From Prevotella sp. (GTDB lineage Bacteria > Bacteroidota > Bacteroidia > Bacteroidales > Bacteroidaceae): a stretch of DNA of 64,000 bases. Below, piece by piece: positions 30,143 to 39,578 of this stretch. The position numbers were made by a program, and so were the translations under genes. The notes beneath the pieces were generated by a model that was not told where the DNA came from, searched no databases, and saw only the letters and a list, made by a program, of their open reading frames with translations. Where the stretch lies: the NCBI GenBank assembly GCA_016286575.1, contig JAEETB010000003.1:406-64405 (forward strand), in the 5' to 3' direction. Position 1 is the first letter of the stretch; each line of letters begins with the position of its first letter.

Positions 30143-30928
30143 ATGAAACTTTCTATCATAACGGTCAATTATAATGATGCAGAGGGGCTGGAGCGTACGA
30201 TTAAGAGTGTAATCAGCCAGACTTTTCATGATTATGAGTTTATCATTATTGACGGAGGCTCGACAGATGGAAGTGTTGATGTCATTAAGAAATATGAAAA
30301 TCACATCGACTATTGGGTATCAGAAAAGGATGGAGGAATCTATCCAGGGATGAATAAAGGTCTACGTCAGGCAAAGGGTGAATATCTGAACTTTATGAAT
30401 GGAGGAGATAGTTATCATTCAGAGGACGTTCTTGAAAAGATCTTTGCTTTGGAGACGGATGCCGACATTATTACGGGAACTCATTCTGAGAATGGACTCC
30501 GGAATGTGGGAAAGGGTGGGGTGACCATGCTCGACTTATACAAATGGGCTATTGATCATCAGGCATCTTTTATCCGTAGAGAAGTCGCTCTTCGTCATCC
30601 CTATGATGAAAAGTATCGAATTGTTTCTGATTGGAAATTCTTTATCGAGGCCTTGATACTAGATAATTGTTCATTTTATTATACAGATGCGATTGTAGTG
30701 GACGTGGATATGAAAGGCATCAGCAACTCCAATTTTGATTTGGATAAACAAGAGCGGGAAGCTGTATTAAAAGAACTCTTCCCTGAAAGAGTATTAAAGG
30801 ATTATCAGTTGTTAGCCTCCATTCATCCCGAATTGTTGGATGTTGCTCCAAGGATCAGTAAATCGCAGACGATTCAGAATGCAATCATAAAAATGGCACG
30901 TCAACTTCTGAAAATTAAAGGTGCCTGA
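30143..30928 (+). CDS. GT2 glycosyltransferase (WcaE/WfgS-like)
   Basis: LSIITVNYN, IDGGSTDGS, GIYPGMNKG, FMNGGD, HQASF and SDW. Confidence 0.92.
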   Translation: MKLSIITVNYNDAEGLERTIKSVISQTFHDYEFIIIDGGSTDGSVDVIKKYENHIDYWVSEKDGGIYPGMNKGLRQAKGEYLNFMNGGDSYHSEDVLEKIFALETDADIITGTHSENGLRNVGKGGVTMLDLYKWAIDHQASFIRREVALRHPYDEKYRIVSDWKFFIEALILDNCSFYYTDAIVVDVDMKGISNSNFDLDKQEREAVLKELFPERVLKDYQLLASIHPELLDVAPRISKSQTIQNAIIKMARQLLKIKGA

Positions 30929-31898
30929 TTTTATGTTGCCATTCTAACATTCGCTTAAAAGATTTTGCTGCTGGCAACATGTTATTTGCTGCAAACCACA
31001 ATTCTAACTTTTGCTTCCAGCTCAACTGTTCATATTGCCATATATGTTTGTTGGTTTCAGGATAGATATTGACCCATTCTTGATAGTTCTCCTTGTTATC
31101 CAAGTTTTGTGCTAGTGGAAGTTTGGAGAAGAATTTCCGATATTCAATGTCATTGGCATATTTTTCATATAAATGCTGCTCTTTCATGAGTTCCTCAATC
31201 AATCCTGCTATATCAATATCGCTGTCAATGGATTTCCTCGTGCGTTGTACGCATGATGAGTCTTCTGTGTGACGATAGTGATATGGTGCCCAATCCATGC
31301 TGACAATCTTCTTGGCATGAAGATATAATTGAAGATTAAAATAGAGATCTTCTCCCATGTTCAATCCAACAGGAAAAGTAATCCTATTATCTTCCATGAG
31401 ACTCCTACGGGTTAAGGATGTGCATAAAGAGGGAAATATTTTTCCGTTAATCAGTCGACTGATATTCTCTTCAATGGTATCAGCATATTGCTGGTGAAAA
31501 TCATATTGTATGTCAGTGAATTCATGCCGGAAATTACATCCAACAATATCTGCATCCGTTTCTTTCGCTTTTAAATAAAGCCGTTCGTACATGTCTTTAT
31601 CAACCCAATCGTCGCTATCGGCATGAATAATGTATTCTCCAGTGGCATTTTCAAGTCCAATTCTACGAGCATTTGAAACACCACCGTTTTTCTCTAAATT
31701 TATAATCTTAATGAAAGGCTTCCTATTTGGATAATCATTAATAACTTTTTCAAGTGCGTTTATGCTATTATCGGGGGTCGCATCATTTACAAAAATATAT
31801 TCTATCGAGTCAAGTGTCTGTTCAAATAGTGAGTGTGCACACTTCTCAATGAATTTTATGCTTTTGTAGATTGCGATTATGACTGATATTTTGGACAT
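30915..31898 (-). CDS. GT2 glycosyltransferase
   Basis: ISVIIAIY, VNDATPD, HADSDDW and MGEDL. Start reassigned to 31898. Confidence 0.92.
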   Translation of the reverse strand: MSKISVIIAIYKSIKFIEKCAHSLFEQTLDSIEYIFVNDATPDNSINALEKVINDYPNRKPFIKIINLEKNGGVSNARRIGLENATGEYIIHADSDDWVDKDMYERLYLKAKETDADIVGCNFRHEFTDIQYDFHQQYADTIEENISRLINGKIFPSLCTSLTRRSLMEDNRITFPVGLNMGEDLYFNLQLYLHAKKIVSMDWAPYHYRHTEDSSCVQRTRKSIDSDIDIAGLIEELMKEQHLYEKYANDIEYRKFFSKLPLAQNLDNKENYQEWVNIYPETNKHIWQYEQLSWKQKLELWFAANNMLPAAKSFKRMLEWQHKIRHL

Positions 31899-31906
31899 TT
31901 TTTTTG

Positions 31907-31965
31907 CAAATGTATGATTTTTCTTCTTATTGTGCAAGTTTTCTCGAAAAAAACAACTATTTTTG
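31907..31965. promoter_or_regulatory. Divergent -7 promoter pair
   Basis: TACATTTG (minus, 31907-31914) and TATTTTTG (plus, 31958-31965). Confidence 0.72.
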
Positions 31966-31983
31966 CACAAAAAAGTGATAGCT

Positions 31984-32886
31984 ATGGATTATAATCTTAT
32001 TATTCCAGTAGTTTATAAGGATTATTCTTTTCTGAGGAAAACCTTGAGATTTGTACAGAAGAATCTCTCTGCAACAAAGATATTCATCCTAACAGATGGG
32101 CAGATGGCGAAATATTTGTCTAAGGAAATTAGGAATAATCCAATTTGCCAGATAGTCGACGAGAATAGTCTTCTGGAAGGGCTAACTTACCAGAAGATTT
32201 ATCATATTATCAAGTCTCAGGGTAGGGAGCATACCAATACTGGTTGGTTCTTCCAACAATTTTTGAAGATGGGCTTTGCATTATCAGAGTATTGTGATAC
32301 AGAATACTATCTGTCTTGGGATGCAGATACAATTCCAGTTCGACCTTTGGATTTTTTTACGGATAATGGTCATCCGTATTTTACCATGAAGACAGAGTAT
32401 CATAAGCCTTATTTTGATGCTATCCACAAATTGTTGGGCTTAGATAAGTCAAATCCCCGTTCATATATAGCAGAACACATGATGTTTAATAGAAATGTGA
32501 TGCGAGAAATGCTTGGTAAGATTAATCAGGCTGATGTGAAAGGTTGTGTGTGGTATGAAAAGATTATGAATGCGGTTGTTCCAGAGATAGTTAGTACTGA
32601 TTCATTTTCGGAGTTTGAAACTTATGGTACATATTGTAAAACATACTACCCAGATATGTATGTAGAACGGCAAATTCCAGGATACAGACTTGGCGGATTG
32701 ATTCAGGGGCGCTTTGTCTCGGACAGAATTCTCAGTCGATTAGCAACAGATGCTTACGTCGCATCATTCGAAATCTATGACCGTCCACCATTCCCATGGG
32801 GTAAGATATGTGAGTGGCACGAAAAATGGTTGATGTGTAAAAAACGTTGGCTTGAAAATGTAAAAAAAACAACAAGAATAATTTAG
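31984..32886 (+). CDS. DUF6492-like putative glycosyltransferase
   Basis: GWFFQQFLK, YLSWDADT, IAEHMMF and FSEFETYG. Confidence 0.75.
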   Translation: MDYNLIIPVVYKDYSFLRKTLRFVQKNLSATKIFILTDGQMAKYLSKEIRNNPICQIVDENSLLEGLTYQKIYHIIKSQGREHTNTGWFFQQFLKMGFALSEYCDTEYYLSWDADTIPVRPLDFFTDNGHPYFTMKTEYHKPYFDAIHKLLGLDKSNPRSYIAEHMMFNRNVMREMLGKINQADVKGCVWYEKIMNAVVPEIVSTDSFSEFETYGTYCKTYYPDMYVERQIPGYRLGGLIQGRFVSDRILSRLATDAYVASFEIYDRPPFPWGKICEWHEKWLMCKKRWLENVKKTTRII

Positions 32887-33236
32887 GTAATGATATAGAA
32901 GATGGCACATTATTTATAAAGATGCCTATTTTAAAAGATTATGAGCAATTGCATATTCATAATGTTTACCCCAAGCCTCTTTTTCAGATGGGCATAAATC
33001 ACCGAACCAAGTATGAACAGATGTGTGCCTTCTTCATTAACCTCAGATTCTTTAAATAGTTTTATACACGCATCTAAAAATGTGTTACCATCAGAATACC
33101 CCCAAAAATGAGCTTTACCAATTTCTCCTTCCATTCCGTGTTCACTATAACACGGTTGCCAAATTTCAAAAATCATAATGATATTGTATTATATTAATAT
33201 TTTGTGCCAACTGCTATATTATTGCCATAATTTATT
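32877..33236. mobile_element. ~360-bp cassette bounded by ~34-bp imperfect inverted repeats
   Basis: The reverse complement of 32877-32909 (tgtgccatcttctatatcattacc-taaattatt) aligns with 33203-33236 (tgtgccaactgctatattattgccataatttatt) at 28/34. Confidence 0.55.
32931..33176 (-). CDS. Small hypothetical protein, possibly frameshifted
   Basis: 81-aa ORF fills the IR-bounded segment. An alternative frame after a CACACA tract (~33025) also stays open to a nearby stop. Confidence 0.45.
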   Translation of the reverse strand: MIFEIWQPCYSEHGMEGEIGKAHFWGYSDGNTFLDACIKLFKESEVNEEGTHLFILGSVIYAHLKKRLGVNIMNMQLLIIF

Positions 33237-33357
33237 ATCTACGGCAAAGACTATTAGTGTTGTTTTGATAGTCGTGGGGCATGCTCGTTAAATGCCTAAC
33301 AATAATTAACATTAATTCGGCTTCTTTAATAATATCAATATACTCCTGACGTTTCAA
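33235..33357 (-). pseudogene. N-terminal remnant of an acyltransferase-3 gene
   Basis: Translates (L)KRQEYIDIIKEAELMLIIVRHL, resembling the R-x-x-YID-x-x-K...VxH starts of the intact acyltransferases here. Begins 10 bp after wzt and ends at the IR. Confidence 0.55.
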
Positions 33358-33366
33358 TTTCTATAA

Positions 33367-34632
33367 TTATCCTTTTCTCAAACCAATGAATCCATTTACG
33401 TCTTGATCACATGATTTCCCAAATTCGGTTTGGAATCCTTCACAGTCGAGTGTGCAACATGATGGAGCTTTTAGTTGAAATTCCACCATGGGGTGGTGGA
33501 AGAATAAATCAACTTTGAGGATTCCTTTGTTGAGTATTTCGGGAAGTTGTATGTGCCTGTCTATGGAAAAGTCCCCTTTTTTCATATGTTGGATATTGCC
33601 ATAGTAGTGTCCGTCAGCGAAAGTGGCTAATGGCACGCCATCCTTATTCCTAAATATCAGCATGATATCGTATATTAAATCTTCGGTTACCTGACCTGCA
33701 ATATGAACATCAAGAAATTTTTGTTGACTTGTTATTGTACTTGATGCTTCTTCTGTTCCATTAATTTTTATAATGTCTATAGTCAAGCAATCTTTTTTCC
33801 ATTTGATATTATTGATAATCTTTTCTTCTTGATTTCCTTCATCATTTTTTAGGTAGTGGTCCAAAGTATCAGGAATAGTTCCAATATAATCAACCATACC
33901 ATTTTTTAGCATTATGCCACGAGTGCAGAGACTGCGAACAGCTGCCATGTTATGGCTGACAAAAAGAACTGTACGGCCTTGGCCTTTACTGACATCCTGC
34001 ATCTTTCCAATTGCTTTCTTTTGGAATTCTGCATCACCTACAGCCAATACTTCATCTACAACAAGGATCTCAGGCTCCAAATGGGCTGCAATGGCAAAGC
34101 CAAGGCGCACCATCATTCCTGATGAATAGCGTTTAACAGGAGTGTCAACATATTTTGCGACTCCAGCAAAATCCACTATTTCATCAAACTTGCTTTTGAT
34201 CTCTGCCTTTGTCATTCCCATGATGGAACCATTCATGAAGATGTTCTCACGACCAGTCATTTCTGGATGGAAACCTGTTCCGACTTCAAGTAAAGATGCT
34301 ATACGGCCCTTGATTTTAATGTTCCCAGTTGTGGGGGAGGTAACACGGGAGAGAATTTTTAAAAGTGTTGATTTCCCAGCGCCATTTTTGCCGACGATAC
34401 CAACGACATCTCCTTGCTCAACTTTGAAGTTAATGTCGCGTAGTGCCCACACAAATCTGCTGTCACCTTTTTGTGTACGATCGTTAGTTTCGCCAATCTT
34501 GAGGAATGGGTCTTCTTTGCCCCGAATATTGGCCCACCAACGATTTAAGTCTTGGCTTAAGGTGCCAGTGCCAATAGTTCCTAGAATATATTGCTTGCCT
34601 ACATTATTGAATTCTATAACTGTGTTGCTCAT
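33367..34632 (-). CDS. wzt: Polysaccharide ABC transporter ATP-binding subunit
   Basis: GKNGAGKST, YSSGMMVRLGF, LVVDEVLAVGDAEFQ, VSH and a C-terminal extension. Confidence 0.95.
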   Translation of the reverse strand: MSNTVIEFNNVGKQYILGTIGTGTLSQDLNRWWANIRGKEDPFLKIGETNDRTQKGDSRFVWALRDINFKVEQGDVVGIVGKNGAGKSTLLKILSRVTSPTTGNIKIKGRIASLLEVGTGFHPEMTGRENIFMNGSIMGMTKAEIKSKFDEIVDFAGVAKYVDTPVKRYSSGMMVRLGFAIAAHLEPEILVVDEVLAVGDAEFQKKAIGKMQDVSKGQGRTVLFVSHNMAAVRSLCTRGIMLKNGMVDYIGTIPDTLDHYLKNDEGNQEEKIINNIKWKKDCLTIDIIKINGTEEASSTITSQQKFLDVHIAGQVTEDLIYDIMLIFRNKDGVPLATFADGHYYGNIQHMKKGDFSIDRHIQLPEILNKGILKVDLFFHHPMVEFQLKAPSCCTLDCEGFQTEFGKSCDQDVNGFIGLRKG

Positions 34633-34643
34633 ACTTTCTCTAT

Positions 34644-35495
34644 TTAAATAACATCCATAAAGTTACGCTGTACTCTGTTGAAAATAATAATACCTATGAG
34701 TACAATAGCAATTGTGAACAGAAGGCTATAGCCAAGATAGAACCAATTGAACTCGCCAACTCCAGTAAATACATATTTGAACGTCTCTAAAATGGCGGTT
34801 AATGGGTTAGCCACCAATACCCAGATATATTTGGGGTAGGTGTCTTTCATCACAGATAACGGATAAATCACTGGCGTTGCATACATCCATAGTTGTACGC
34901 CAAAAGTAATCAAGAATCTCAAGTCACGATATTTTGTCGTCATCGAAGAAATGATCATGCCAAAACCAAGTCCAAGACCACCAATCATGATAATGAGCAG
35001 AGGAACAAGCAATATGGTGCCATTAATATGGAAATTGATTCCTGAAGCGAAATAATAAAGATAGACGGCAATAAAAAGGCAGAACTGAATGGCCATCTTA
35101 ATCAGATTGGAGATAACAATGGAAAGAGGTACAACTAATCGTGGAAAGTACACCTTTCCAAATATTGCTTGATTCGCATTGAATGTGTCGGCACATTTAC
35201 TTAAACAATCTTGGAAATAGTTCCAACAAACTAATCCACCTAAATAAAAAACTGCTTGTGGAATGCCATCAGTAGAGATACCAGCTATACCACCAAACAC
35301 GAACATAAACATGATGGTCGTAAAAAGTGGCTGTATAACAAACCATAGTGGTCCTAAAATAGTTTGTTTGTAGAAAGTTACAATGTCACGTTTGACGTAC
35401 ATCGCCAGCAAATCACGGTAACGCCATAGCTCTTGGAAGTCAATGCTCCACAAATGGCTTTTGTTTGTTATTATTATATCCCAGTCTTTATTCAT
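34644..35495 (-). CDS. wzm: Polysaccharide ABC transporter permease
   Basis: ELWRYRDL, YKQTILGPLW, KVYFPR, YATPVIYP and NPL. Confidence 0.95.
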   Translation of the reverse strand: MNKDWDIIITNKSHLWSIDFQELWRYRDLLAMYVKRDIVTFYKQTILGPLWFVIQPLFTTIMFMFVFGGIAGISTDGIPQAVFYLGGLVCWNYFQDCLSKCADTFNANQAIFGKVYFPRLVVPLSIVISNLIKMAIQFCLFIAVYLYYFASGINFHINGTILLVPLLIIMIGGLGLGFGMIISSMTTKYRDLRFLITFGVQLWMYATPVIYPLSVMKDTYPKYIWVLVANPLTAILETFKYVFTGVGEFNWFYLGYSLLFTIAIVLIGIIIFNRVQRNFMDVI

Positions 35496-36316
35496 CTTAG
35501 TTTGTAAATTATATCATTCGTAATTCTACGATATGTGGCTTTTGTATTATTAACGTTAAGGCCTCCTTGATAGTCATCTAACGGCATGATTAGTGGCATG
35601 TTTTTAATACAAAGATGATGGTGCTCACAAAATACATTTATGAGACGTTCACTCATATAACCATATATCCGGCTTTGAATGGGATCATCAATAGGTGGTA
35701 CCCTTCGTTCCACCTCAAAAAGAATATCAAATAACCATTCTGAATAAGCATCAAATTGTTTCCAATGGGTAATAAACATATTATAGCCTACTGACTTATT
35801 ACTATGATCCATCGTCTTCTCAAAAGTGGGTATATATTGAGGACTGCGTTCTTTGATAATCTGGCGAAGCATTTCCCAATCCTTGGCAATATGGTAATTT
35901 CCATATTGTTGTGTATTGCTGACACGCCAATGTCGGGCTATAGGAAGGATGATGTCGTATTTCTGTAGATATTTCTCTAAATCGGGGAATATGTATTCTT
36001 GGCTTAGGAAGTCCTGTGTAGAGACGAAACGTTTGTCTGCAGAGAACTGTGGCCATTTTTTCTGAAAATCGAAGTAGCGACGATAGTGGTTAAGGCCCAC
36101 AATATCGACATTCTTTAAGTTCCTCCAAGCCCAATAATGACAGGTGAGTTCACAGAAATGAGGATTCTTATCAGAAATATTCTCTCCTTCATCATCAGGT
36201 TGATAACCAGCAATATGCTTGTGTAAGGAAGCTCCAGCCTGGACAGGGAGGAAATATGGGTGTTGAGGCAGGGGGACCTCCTTATGGGCGCAGATGAATA
36301 TCTTATTATTACTCAT
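35492..36316 (-). CDS. DUF4422 protein (related to the GT111 galactofuranosyltransferase domain of WbbM)
   Basis: DDEGENISDKNPHFCELT, GLNHYRRYF, NMFI, YSEWLFDIL and RIYGYMSERL. glf is in the same locus. Confidence 0.85.
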   Translation of the reverse strand: MSNNKIFICAHKEVPLPQHPYFLPVQAGASLHKHIAGYQPDDEGENISDKNPHFCELTCHYWAWRNLKNVDIVGLNHYRRYFDFQKKWPQFSADKRFVSTQDFLSQEYIFPDLEKYLQKYDIILPIARHWRVSNTQQYGNYHIAKDWEMLRQIIKERSPQYIPTFEKTMDHSNKSVGYNMFITHWKQFDAYSEWLFDILFEVERRVPPIDDPIQSRIYGYMSERLINVFCEHHHLCIKNMPLIMPLDDYQGGLNVNNTKATYRRITNDIIYKLR

Positions 36317-36319
36317 AGG

Positions 36320-37489
36320 CTAGCCATGTTGAGTGTGAATGAAATCAGTATTCTTCCGATCTATATGAAGAATGTTCTTGAGCATCCTTAATACCAGTCC
36401 CGGAATGGCCAATACTTTACTGAAGGAACGTAGGCGTAGCTGACTGGGAATCGCAATAAATAGAGAAGCTGCTAAGACTGCAAGAAGTATCCACCATTTT
36501 TCACACCATACAGGCATGAATAATGTCATGAAAATCGATATTCCACCCAATAATACAATCAGAATAGAGCGTGGAATCAATGCTTGTTGGATGGTCTTGT
36601 CGATGAAATTAATCTTACCATGAGCAATGGCTCCTGGGATTTTAGGTAAGTTACTAAACAGACTTTGGATCTGAGCTGTCATCCAGCGCATACGCTGGCG
36701 CTGAAAATTATCCTGATTGCTAACCTTCTCGTCGAAGACATGAATATCTGGAGCATATTTGATGAAGACTTCCTGATGGAGTAGGAGAGCTTCCATTTCA
36801 CGGTCTTCGCCTGCAGTGGAAAGTTGGAAGACATTTTTTTTGAAAAGTTTATATTTGAAGCACATACCCGAACCAATCAGTGCTGAGGATAATCCTAGGC
36901 GGTTATGGGCTTTGCGGAAGATGGTGTTGTTGATCTCCTCACTGGTTCCATCCAATACCGCTACGTCGTTATTGGCATTTTTAGCGCAGCGATGGCATTG
37001 GATAGCATCATAGATAGAGCAAAGAATATTCAATTGGGATAGGAAATCAGGACGTACGACATTATCTGCATCGAGAATGACTACATTATCAAAGTCGCCT
37101 GTTACTTCCGTTATGGCATATTGCATGGCCTTTGCCTTAGAACTTTTCTCAAAGGTAGGTGTTAATAGGGTGATAGGTAATGAACGAAGATAATCGTTTG
37201 TTTCTGGCTGCATGTGATCTGAAATAATCACTACTGTATAGCGATCAGATGGATACTCCTGCAAGAGGAACTGCTCCACGGCATTGATGATGACCCGATC
37301 TTCATTGTAGGCGGGATAAAGAACCAAGAACTTGGTCATTTCATCCTTTAAGGCTGCGGCCTGCGTCGCAAACTGATCTTCCTTGTCGTAAAAGAGTGAG
37401 ATGATGGCAAAGAATGCCACATAAGCTACTGACCCCAATATGAGAAACCATATTGTCCAATCAATAATATGTAATATTGACCACATCAT
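36320..37489 (-). CDS. Membrane GT2 with QxxRW motif (synthase-like)
   Basis: N-terminal TM, PAYNED, LDADN, AGED, QRMRW and C-terminal TMs. Confidence 0.9.
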   Translation of the reverse strand: MMWSILHIIDWTIWFLILGSVAYVAFFAIISLFYDKEDQFATQAAALKDEMTKFLVLYPAYNEDRVIINAVEQFLLQEYPSDRYTVVIISDHMQPETNDYLRSLPITLLTPTFEKSSKAKAMQYAITEVTGDFDNVVILDADNVVRPDFLSQLNILCSIYDAIQCHRCAKNANNDVAVLDGTSEEINNTIFRKAHNRLGLSSALIGSGMCFKYKLFKKNVFQLSTAGEDREMEALLLHQEVFIKYAPDIHVFDEKVSNQDNFQRQRMRWMTAQIQSLFSNLPKIPGAIAHGKINFIDKTIQQALIPRSILIVLLGGISIFMTLFMPVWCEKWWILLAVLAASLFIAIPSQLRLRSFSKVLAIPGLVLRMLKNILHIDRKNTDFIHTQHG

Positions 37490-38658
37490 GATTTGCGAGC
37501 TTTATTGGATTTGAAATTGAATCTACCTCCTAATAGTTTGGTGCTGATAATTCCCCAAAAAGTCACGAGGGGAGCACGGAGGAAGGTCTTATCCCACATT
37601 TCATCAACCAAATAGTCAGGAGTGGCTAATGCAAAGATGAATAGGGCAATGGAGCCAAGTACCCACCATTTGATTGCTATGGTGAGGTAAATAAATGGAA
37701 GTATCAGACTCATCAGAATGATGATTCCTACCATTGCTGTTCTTGGCAGCAACATCCATTGGATAATTTTGTCTGCCAAGTCGTATTGCTTTCTGAAGAT
37801 TGCGCCAGGCAAAAACTTGATATTACGGAAAAAATTGTGGATTTGTTGTGTTGCCCAACGTCCTCGTTGTTCATTCATTTTAAAAGTGGTTCGTTTCTTT
37901 TCACCGTATACAAGAATATGGTTGAAGTAATCAATGAATATACCTTGACGCAGTAATAAGGCTTCCATCTCTTTATCTTCACCTGCCGTCTTGGCTTTCA
38001 TAACATTTGTCTTGAACCAATTGAAATCGTAGGCCGTTCCTGAACCAGCCAAAGCAGCAGAGACTCCCAGATTAATGTGGCCACGGCGGAAGATGTTGTT
38101 GTTGATTTCCTCAAAAATCGATCCCATTCGAGCTGCAGCTGTATCTCTGTTGCGAGATATACGGTGCAACTGAATGGCTTTTGTGGCGGCTGTCTCAAAA
38201 GCATCATTAACTTCAGTGAGGAATTCCTGTCCCACAATATTGTCTGCATCTAGAATGAGGGCGATATCATAAATCTTGAATTCTGGAAGATTTAGAATGG
38301 CGTATTGAAGTGACTTCGCTTTAGTACTTTCTGCAAAGTCTGGTGTTAATAACGTAATAGGGTACTGAGCTAATTTCATATTTGTCATCTCACTCTGATG
38401 GTCAGAAATTACCACCACATCGAACATACGTTGCGGGTATGATTGACTTAGAATAGACAAGACCGTGTGCTCTATCACTTCATCTTGCTGATATGAAGGA
38501 ATAAGAACTACAAAGCGGTTTTGCGTCTTTGCTTTGTTTACAACCGTATTTCTTTCAAATAATGCCGCTACAGCGTATACACCCAAGTAGAGTACTGTAC
38601 CTGCAACAAACGCGAAGAGCGTCCAATCGATGATATATAGTATTAACCAGAAATCCAT
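37486..38658 (-). CDS. Membrane GT2 with QxxRW motif (paralog of the adjacent gene)
   Basis: LDADN, AGED and QRGRW, with the same TM layout. Confidence 0.9.
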   Translation of the reverse strand: MDFWLILYIIDWTLFAFVAGTVLYLGVYAVAALFERNTVVNKAKTQNRFVVLIPSYQQDEVIEHTVLSILSQSYPQRMFDVVVISDHQSEMTNMKLAQYPITLLTPDFAESTKAKSLQYAILNLPEFKIYDIALILDADNIVGQEFLTEVNDAFETAATKAIQLHRISRNRDTAAARMGSIFEEINNNIFRRGHINLGVSAALAGSGTAYDFNWFKTNVMKAKTAGEDKEMEALLLRQGIFIDYFNHILVYGEKKRTTFKMNEQRGRWATQQIHNFFRNIKFLPGAIFRKQYDLADKIIQWMLLPRTAMVGIIILMSLILPFIYLTIAIKWWVLGSIALFIFALATPDYLVDEMWDKTFLRAPLVTFWGIISTKLLGGRFNFKSNKARKS

Positions 38659-38666
38659 TTCGTTCA

Positions 38667-38701
38667 GTTTATTGTTTATTGTTTATAGTTTATAGATGAA
38701 T
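38667..38701 (+). repeat. Heptamer tandem repeat spanning a stop codon and gene junction
   Basis: gtttatt gtttatt gtttata gtttata gatgaat. Confidence 0.8.
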
Positions 38702-39578
38702 ACTTAGATAGGCAGAAATCATATAGGCCATTATTAACTGCTTTGATATGATTAACTTTACCTTTAAAAGCATATTTAAGCAAATCACGAGGGGCGACCA
38801 AACATATTAGATAACAATAGGCTAAATATTTGTATATTCCTTGCCAGTTGCGTTTGACTAAGAGAAGTCGATTACGTGTTATATAATAGGTACGTAGAGG
38901 ACTGGCTTGACCTGTACTTTGACTCTCTTTGTGATAGACGGTGCAAGCAGAATCGTACCATATTTCGTAGCTTGCTTTTGTGAACATCATAGACCAGTCA
39001 ATTTCCTCGTAGTAAAGGAAATAATCTTCAGGCATGAGGCCCACTTTATCAATGGCTTCTCGTTTAATCAGCATGGCTGCGCCATGAGCGTAAGGCGTAG
39101 GGTGGGCTATATCATATTGGCCTTTATCTTCTTCGCCAAATCCAATAGCTCGATTGCGAACAGTAATTCGAAAAAGTGGCGTATAGCCAGCATACTGGAT
39201 CGGATTAGTTCCCCATGCAAAACGGATTTTGGGGCAAACAATCCCAATTGTTGGAGATGATTCCAATCTCTCTATCAAAGACTCAGTCTTGAATTCCTTA
39301 AAAATGGTGTCATTATTAACAAGGAATAAATACTTTCCTTTAGCTTTTTTGATACCAACATTGTTGCCACCTGCAAAACCTAAGTTCTTTTCTGTGCGAA
39401 TGGTTTTAATGTATTGATAACGTTGGGCGATGATACTTGCTTCGTCTTGTTTAGAGGCATTATCTATTACTATCATCTCCATGTTATCATTGAAGGGGAT
39501 TGACTCAATCAATGCGCAGGTGTCTTTCAGACCATTGTAATTGACTGTAATAATAGATAATTTATACTCGTTTTGCAA
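38676..39578 (-). CDS. GT2 glycosyltransferase (rhamnosyltransferase-like subfamily)
   Basis: IDNAS, NLGFAGGNN, VNNDT, YFLYYEEIDW and YYITRNR. Confidence 0.92.
   Translation of the reverse strand: MQNEYKLSIITVNYNGLKDTCALIESIPFNDNMEMIVIDNASKQDEASIIAQRYQYIKTIRTEKNLGFAGGNNVGIKKAKGKYLFLVNNDTIFKEFKTESLIERLESSPTIGIVCPKIRFAWGTNPIQYAGYTPLFRITVRNRAIGFGEEDKGQYDIAHPTPYAHGAAMLIKREAIDKVGLMPEDYFLYYEEIDWSMMFTKASYEIWYDSACTVYHKESQSTGQASPLRTYYITRNRLLLVKRNWQGIYKYLAYCYLICLVAPRDLLKYAFKGKVNHIKAVNNGLYDFCLSKYSSINYKQ

Noticed and set aside
1736-31965. Recombinase-driven shufflon or invertible promoters explaining the strand switches
   Set aside because: The only shared junction motif found is the ordinary -7 box. 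No common longer recombination site or recombinase gene was seen.
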